Shown in pieces: positions 47,478 to 52,965 of a stretch of 52,965 nucleotides of DNA. The notes under the pieces were generated by a model. That model saw only the letters and a list, made by a program, of their open reading frames with translations, had not been told where the DNA came from and did no database searches. This DNA comes from Macrostomum lignano. Its lineage: Eukaryota. The stretch spans positions 1 to 52,965 of the forward strand of contig NIVC01004254.1 of the NCBI GenBank assembly GCA_002269645.1. Reading direction: 5' to 3'. Position 1 is the stretch's first letter. Each line of letters starts with the position of its first letter. The translations under genes and the position numbers were made by a program.

Positions 47478-48380
47478 CAACTTTTCCGAGCTATGTACCG
47501 AGCTGAATATTAGTGACTTCTTGAGATTTTCACACGTTTAAATCGTTTCTTATGCTGTGCATTTGGTTGTACAGATTGACAGTTGTTACTCAAATGACTG
47601 AATAAAATTTGTTTAATAGAATGATGGCTAATTTGAGTTTGAGTTGTGCCTCAGTTCCCTACAGGCTCATGGGTGGAGTTGCTGAGATGTCAAAACTCAC
47701 AGGGGAAATTGCTATGATGTCGAGGCTCATGAGGGAATTTCTGAGATTTCAAGGCTCGGGGAATTCCTGAAATGCTATGACACTTGGAGAGAATTTCTGT
47801 GATGTCAAATCTCACGGGTATCACTGAAGTGCTGTGGCCAAGCCAAAGGTATATCAAAGGGAGAGTTAGGGTTAAGCCATGGCTTAAAGGGAGGCTTTGA
47901 TGCCACTTGGCTTAATTCTAATAATATTTTAATATAAACAAATGAGTTCAATAAGTAACAAAAATTTAAAAGATCTGAATAAGAACAAATCCAAAAATTT
48001 GTTATTAAAATTGTATTCCTCTGTTTGTTGCTTCCCCAATGGGGGGCACAGATAGCTAGTCCTATATACTAACAATAAACTGTCTGTCGGTAGGTATGTC
48101 ATTGATTTCAGAATAAATGACTTAACCGATTTTCATGAAACTTGCACCATTCAATCAGAAATTTTCTGGTGACGGTAATGTGTCGGAGCTAAAACATTTC
48201 TCAATGATAATAGCTACTCTGATTAGAATATTGATTAGAGTGAATTGGAAAGCGTAATAGAGGTATTTTCACTGTAGAATATTTCATATTGTTTCGTCAT
48301 GAAGCTCAAGCAACTAATACTTCTTCGTTGTCTATACAATCCATTACAAAAAAGACTTTTTCCGGTGCTTTGATTTTCAG

Positions 48381-48440
48381 AACACGCTGTATACGAAGTA
48401 CAGTCGGCTGGGAAACTACAATCCGTATTCTGTCAGCGAT
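48381..48440 (+). CDS. C-terminal region exon
   Basis: TTTTCAG| ... GAT|GTGAGT, 60 nt, phase 0-0: NTLYTKYSRLGNYNPYSVSD. Confidence 0.7.
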
Positions 48441-48687
48441 GTGAGTTTTGTATACAATTAAAAACTTGGTTTTCTAATTGCTTGCGTTAGTTTGTACCCC
48501 TAGATCTGCATCCACGTGTTTTTGAATCGATCTAGAGTCGGGTGTTTGTACTAATATACTCCTGAAGACTCTAAATCCTTTTAGAGACGCTTCTGGGGTT
48601 TATGGGCTTCTAGTGAGCTTTCTAAACTGTGTACACATAGACATTCTGAGTGATGATTTTGAATTCTGAAAAACAACCATTCCACAG

Positions 48688-48926
48688 CTGAAGCTGGGCG
48701 TGAAGCTGCGTCGCAACTCACCAAACGTGCTCTACTGCGGCTGGACGACGGACCTTTTGAGCAAGCTGTTCAACATGACCACCGAGCCGGAGCGCACGGC
48801 CACGCCGGCATTCGACGAAGCTGGGTTGGAGCCGTGCCAGGACTTCGCTGCCAACTGCCTGGCGTGCAGGGCCGAGAAATTCGATAACTGCGATTCGAGG
48901 AGAAATGGTGAGGCACTACTGGGCAG
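48688..48926 (+). CDS. C-terminal region exon
   Basis: TTCCACAG|, phase 0: LKLGVKLRRNSPNVLYCGW...PCQDFAANCLAC..FDNC. Donor is at 48908 or 48927. Confidence 0.7.
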
Positions 48927-49009
48927 GTGCGAAAAAGTCAGAGTCCTTTTTCAGTGATTTGTTGACGTGAGGGTAACAGAATAGCTTGTTTGGGTGGACT
49001 CATGACACG

Positions 49010-49425
49010 ACATCCGGTGCTTTCATGTTCTTCAGTCACTTTCAATCTCTACATCCGGGTTATTTCATGTCCGTCAGTCACTTTACCTCTGCATCCGGGT
49101 TATTTCATGTCCGTCAGTCACTTTACATCTCTACATCCGGGTTATTTCATGTCCGTCAGTCACTTTACCTCTACATCCGGATATTATTTCATGTCCGTCA
49201 GTCACTTTACATCTCTACATCCAGATATTATTTCATGTCCTTCAGTCACTTTACATCTCTACATCCGGATATTATTTCATGTCCGTCAGTCACTTTACCT
49301 CTACATCCGGGTTATTTCATGTCCGTCAGTCACTTTACCTCTACATCCGGGTTATTTCATGTCCTTCAGTCACTTTACATCTCTACATCCGGATATTATT
49401 TCATGTCCTTCAGTCAATTTGTATC
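49010..49425. repeat. 40-45-bp minisatellite (ACATCCGGGTTATTTCATGTCCGTCAGTCACTTTACCTCT)
   Basis: About 10 tandem copies with small indels. Confidence 0.93.
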
Positions 49426-49606
49426 TGTATATCCGGATTCTTACCATAGAGAAATTAAGACTGACTAAGAGAAGCAAGAAAACCAGTTAATCTTTGTTTA
49501 AAATAAAATCTGAACACATTCCGTTCAACATACTTATCATACTACTTGTTAGTAAGAACATAATACAATTATATTGATGATTCCTTATCCCTCTTTTTGG
49601 TTTTAG

Positions 49607-49664
49607 AGCTAAGAATAGCAGTTATGGCATGGCAACGCTCAAATGTCAACCATTCCAGCTATAA
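49607..49664 (+). CDS. Possible terminal exon
   Basis: Strong pyrimidine tract and TTTTAG|. With the 48926 donor it reads RAKNSSYGMATLKCQPFQL-stop; the frame is ambiguous. Confidence 0.3.
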
Positions 49665-49689
49665 CCCCTAATCATAGGCACGTGACTAC

Positions 49690-50148
<459 letters not shown>

Positions 50149-50724
50149 TGTGCCCTGGTTTATTTTCGGCATTCGCTAACATTTAGGCTTAAGTTCCATC
50201 TGTTAGCACATTTTTAAAAAAAAATTAAGGCTTGACACTAAAATGAATGATGGATTTCCCAAAACACCAAAGTATTGATGCTAAATTATGACAGAAACTA
50301 GAAAGAATTTACACTAAATGGTTTGCAATGGAAAATTTGAAGTGCTTTATCCCATAACTTTCTTTTATTGTTTGGAATTTTTTCCTGCTGTTTTCTGGCC
50401 AATTAAAATGAAAAACTGCCCCATTGCTGTGCTAAAAAGTACCTAAAATCTACGTCATTAAATCTACGGTTTACCGACTTCACCTTCTCGGTACCCTCAA
50501 ATAAACACACTCAAATTGCTTGGCAACAATATGCAAACTCCCAAATTAGTTTTAAAAAAGGAAACCTTCAAGTCGACAAAATCAGCTTTCATTCCGGTGA
50601 AATCGAATTTTTTAAGAAAATTCTTTTCTCGATGTTTGCGACTGGAACTGGACAAATATTTAAGCCTTCACTTATAACTTCTTCGTAGTAGAGTTGCGCA
50701 TGCTGGGTGTCCCTAACTTGCGGA

Positions 50725-51779
50725 CTAGCGCAGTAGACCGAAGAGGCTGTTGATCTCGGACTCAGTCAGCGTGGCGTTCAGCACGGCCACAGCTCTGACG
50801 GTGCCTTTCAAGATTGGCACGCCGGTCCCACGCCGAGATCCGATCGACATGCAGCTGTACTCCGGCACCGAAGGATTAGTAAGGTTTTCGTACATGTGCA
50901 CCTGCGCTGTTGGGACAAAGGTCGACTTTGAGAAGAAGCTCTGGTCCTCCAGAGCCGCTGAAGCAGCCGACGAAACGATGCCAACCTCCACGAATGTGCT
51001 CGGATCGAAAATGTTGGTGGACGATTCCGTGTAGAGCTTCGGCATGTTCAAGGCGAACCTGTTGAAGTAGAGGCCGCGGGTGACGGCCGTGCCGTCCCAG
51101 AAGGAGCTTCCGATTGTGTCCGAGCCGCACACGTAGTTTTCAATCAGCGGGCACTCCACGGCGTCTCGCTTGAACCGAATTAGCGGTGAACTGCGGCAAC
51201 TTGGCGAAGTCCACGTTGTCCAGCAGCATCTTGGAGGACACTCCGTTGAACTTGGCTCCCTCGCTTGTCCACTCCACATTCTCGGCTGTCCACTGCTGCG
51301 TCTGGCCGCACACCAAGTTACTCCTGCTGGCGTCCGCATCGTCGCTCAATCACCCAGGCGGCTTGCAGATTCGGGCCAGCATTGAGCACCAGACTCTTGC
51401 TCAAGTCGCTGAACTTAACAGCTCCGGCAGCGGCGAATGCGGCACAGCGGAACTGTGAGCTCTCAGCATCGTTGAGTCCATCGATGAGGTGGCACACGGC
51501 GGTGTAATGGAAGAGCGAGCACTGGCGAGTGTCCGAGTCCAACTGGGCCACCCGCAGGCCGCTCGAGGTGCCGAAGTACAGGGCGACCAGGATGAGGCAC
51601 TCGCTGATGCCGGACGGAGTCCGGGCTGTCCGCACCGCCAGACTCTCGGGCAGGCATTGCGGGCTGCTCAGGCGGTGCCAGTTGGCCGACAGGCTCTCGC
51701 AGTAGAGCAGCTGGGCCAGGCAGGCAGCTGCGAGAAGAACGGAGACTGGAGTGGCGATGAAGCTGGCTTTGGAGGCCAT
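50725..51779 (-). CDS. Intronless secreted protein: signal peptide + PAN/apple-like + LamG/concanavalin-A-like domain (two frameshifts; assembly error or pseudogene)
   Basis: Three consecutive frames: MASKASF..VLLAAACLAQLLYC..ECL..DTRQCSLF (to about 51350), LSDDA..GAKFNGVSSKMLL..LPQFT (to about 51185), LIRFKRD..LKGTVRAVAVLNATLTESEINSLF-stop. The last segment fits the LamG3 C-terminal pattern. Confidence 0.6.
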
Positions 51780-52554
51780 TGTGGCTGCGTGGGCTGCTAT
51801 AGCCGGAATGAGTCAGTGGGATGAAGGCAGGTGGATGAATTCCCGCTTGTGTATAATATTTATCCCTCGCCCAGTGACCCTGGCAACCAGCTTCCCCAGC
51901 CATCAACGCAATGAAGTGCAGCCCCCCCCCCCCATCCTCCTCCCCTCAGCGCAGTTTAATGAAGCAATAAAATTTTTGATTGGCTAATTGTCTTTATCCG
52001 TCCTTTTTCAGTGCAGAAAATGCTTGGATTAATAATTTCCCACGCTTGCAAAACGAGAGGGGATCGATTCAGCGATTCAGCAAAATTTCAGCCTTCGATT
52101 CATAGCCAGTTGTCCAAAGAGCAGTGGGCGTAGACAGGAGGCAGTCATACCCGTGACGCTGACAATGGTAGAGAAAACAGCATCGTAACAAGTATAGAAA
52201 TTAATGTGACAGTATATTGTATGAAAATGATTCCATAGACTAACATCCAGTGGCAGAGAAACATCTCGCCGCTGATTCACACTGCAATTTATGGAATTCT
52301 TGCCCCCGGTCAGAGAAATAACGTTTCTGCCCGCCCTTGCAAATTTCAACTAAAAAATTTATTAACGCAAGACACTATTTCTGAGTAGTAGTTTACAGAC
52401 TAGTACTGAAGACTTTCAACTTTTGTTGTAGCAACCGCTTAAATTTAAACCAGTATTCCGTTTTCACCTGGTTAATCGCATGCACCCTCCTCTGGATGCA
52501 CGCATTCACCTAGTTGGGGTTAGTCTGCTTATTTAGAGAAGATAATAAAAGTAA

Positions 52555-52650
52555 AAGTCTGTCTGCTGTGTGCATGCCTGTCTGTTTGTCTGTCTGTCTG
52601 TCTGTCTATCTGTCTGTCTGTCTGTCTGTCTGTCTCTGTCTTTCTGTCTA

Positions 52651-52695
<45 letters not shown>

Positions 52696-52696
52696 G

Positions 52697-52765
<69 letters not shown>

Positions 52766-52768
52766 GCC

Positions 52769-52801
<33 letters not shown>

Positions 52802-52804
52802 GCC

Positions 52805-52884
<80 letters not shown>

Positions 52885-52965
52885 CTGAACCAACATGTCT
52901 TGAACCAACATGTCTTGAACCAACATGTCTTGAACCAACATGTCTTGAACCAACATGTCTTGAAC
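52555..52965. repeat. (TGTC)n microsatellite followed by a 15-bp repeat (TGAACCAACATGTCT) running off the window
   Basis: Direct inspection of the sequence. Confidence 0.95.

Overview
This is eukaryotic (metazoan) genomic DNA, not prokaryotic. It has GT-AG spliced genes with GC-rich exons, AT-rich spacers and very abundant intronic micro- and minisatellites. The style resembles a free-living flatworm such as Macrostomum; this is inference and the organism cannot be read from the sequence. From left to right: (1) a Shaw/Kv3-type voltage-gated K+ channel gene (+, 5' end outside the window, exons from 1 to about 23589) whose introns carry large tandem arrays, including a 6.45 kb 12-mer satellite; (2) a convergent, intronless AP-3 sigma subunit gene (-, 26414-26986); (3) a nested transposon complex (28929-35098) with outer long inverted repeats and an 8-bp near-perfect TSD, inner modular inverted repeats, a PHD-FLYWCH-MULE transposase and a truncated LINE; (4) a small candidate type-I membrane protein gene (36043-37118+); (5) a multi-exon EGF/cbEGF/TNFR-Cys protein gene with an unrecognised C-terminal region (39571 to about 49664); (6) an intronless signal peptide + PAN-like + LamG-like gene (-, 50725-51779) broken by two frameshifts. 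Four unrelated genes contain small indels, which suggests long-read consensus errors. Almost all long ORFs in the supplied track are tandem-repeat artefacts. All exon models were built by eye from splice signals, phase consistency and motif recognition; no searches were run.
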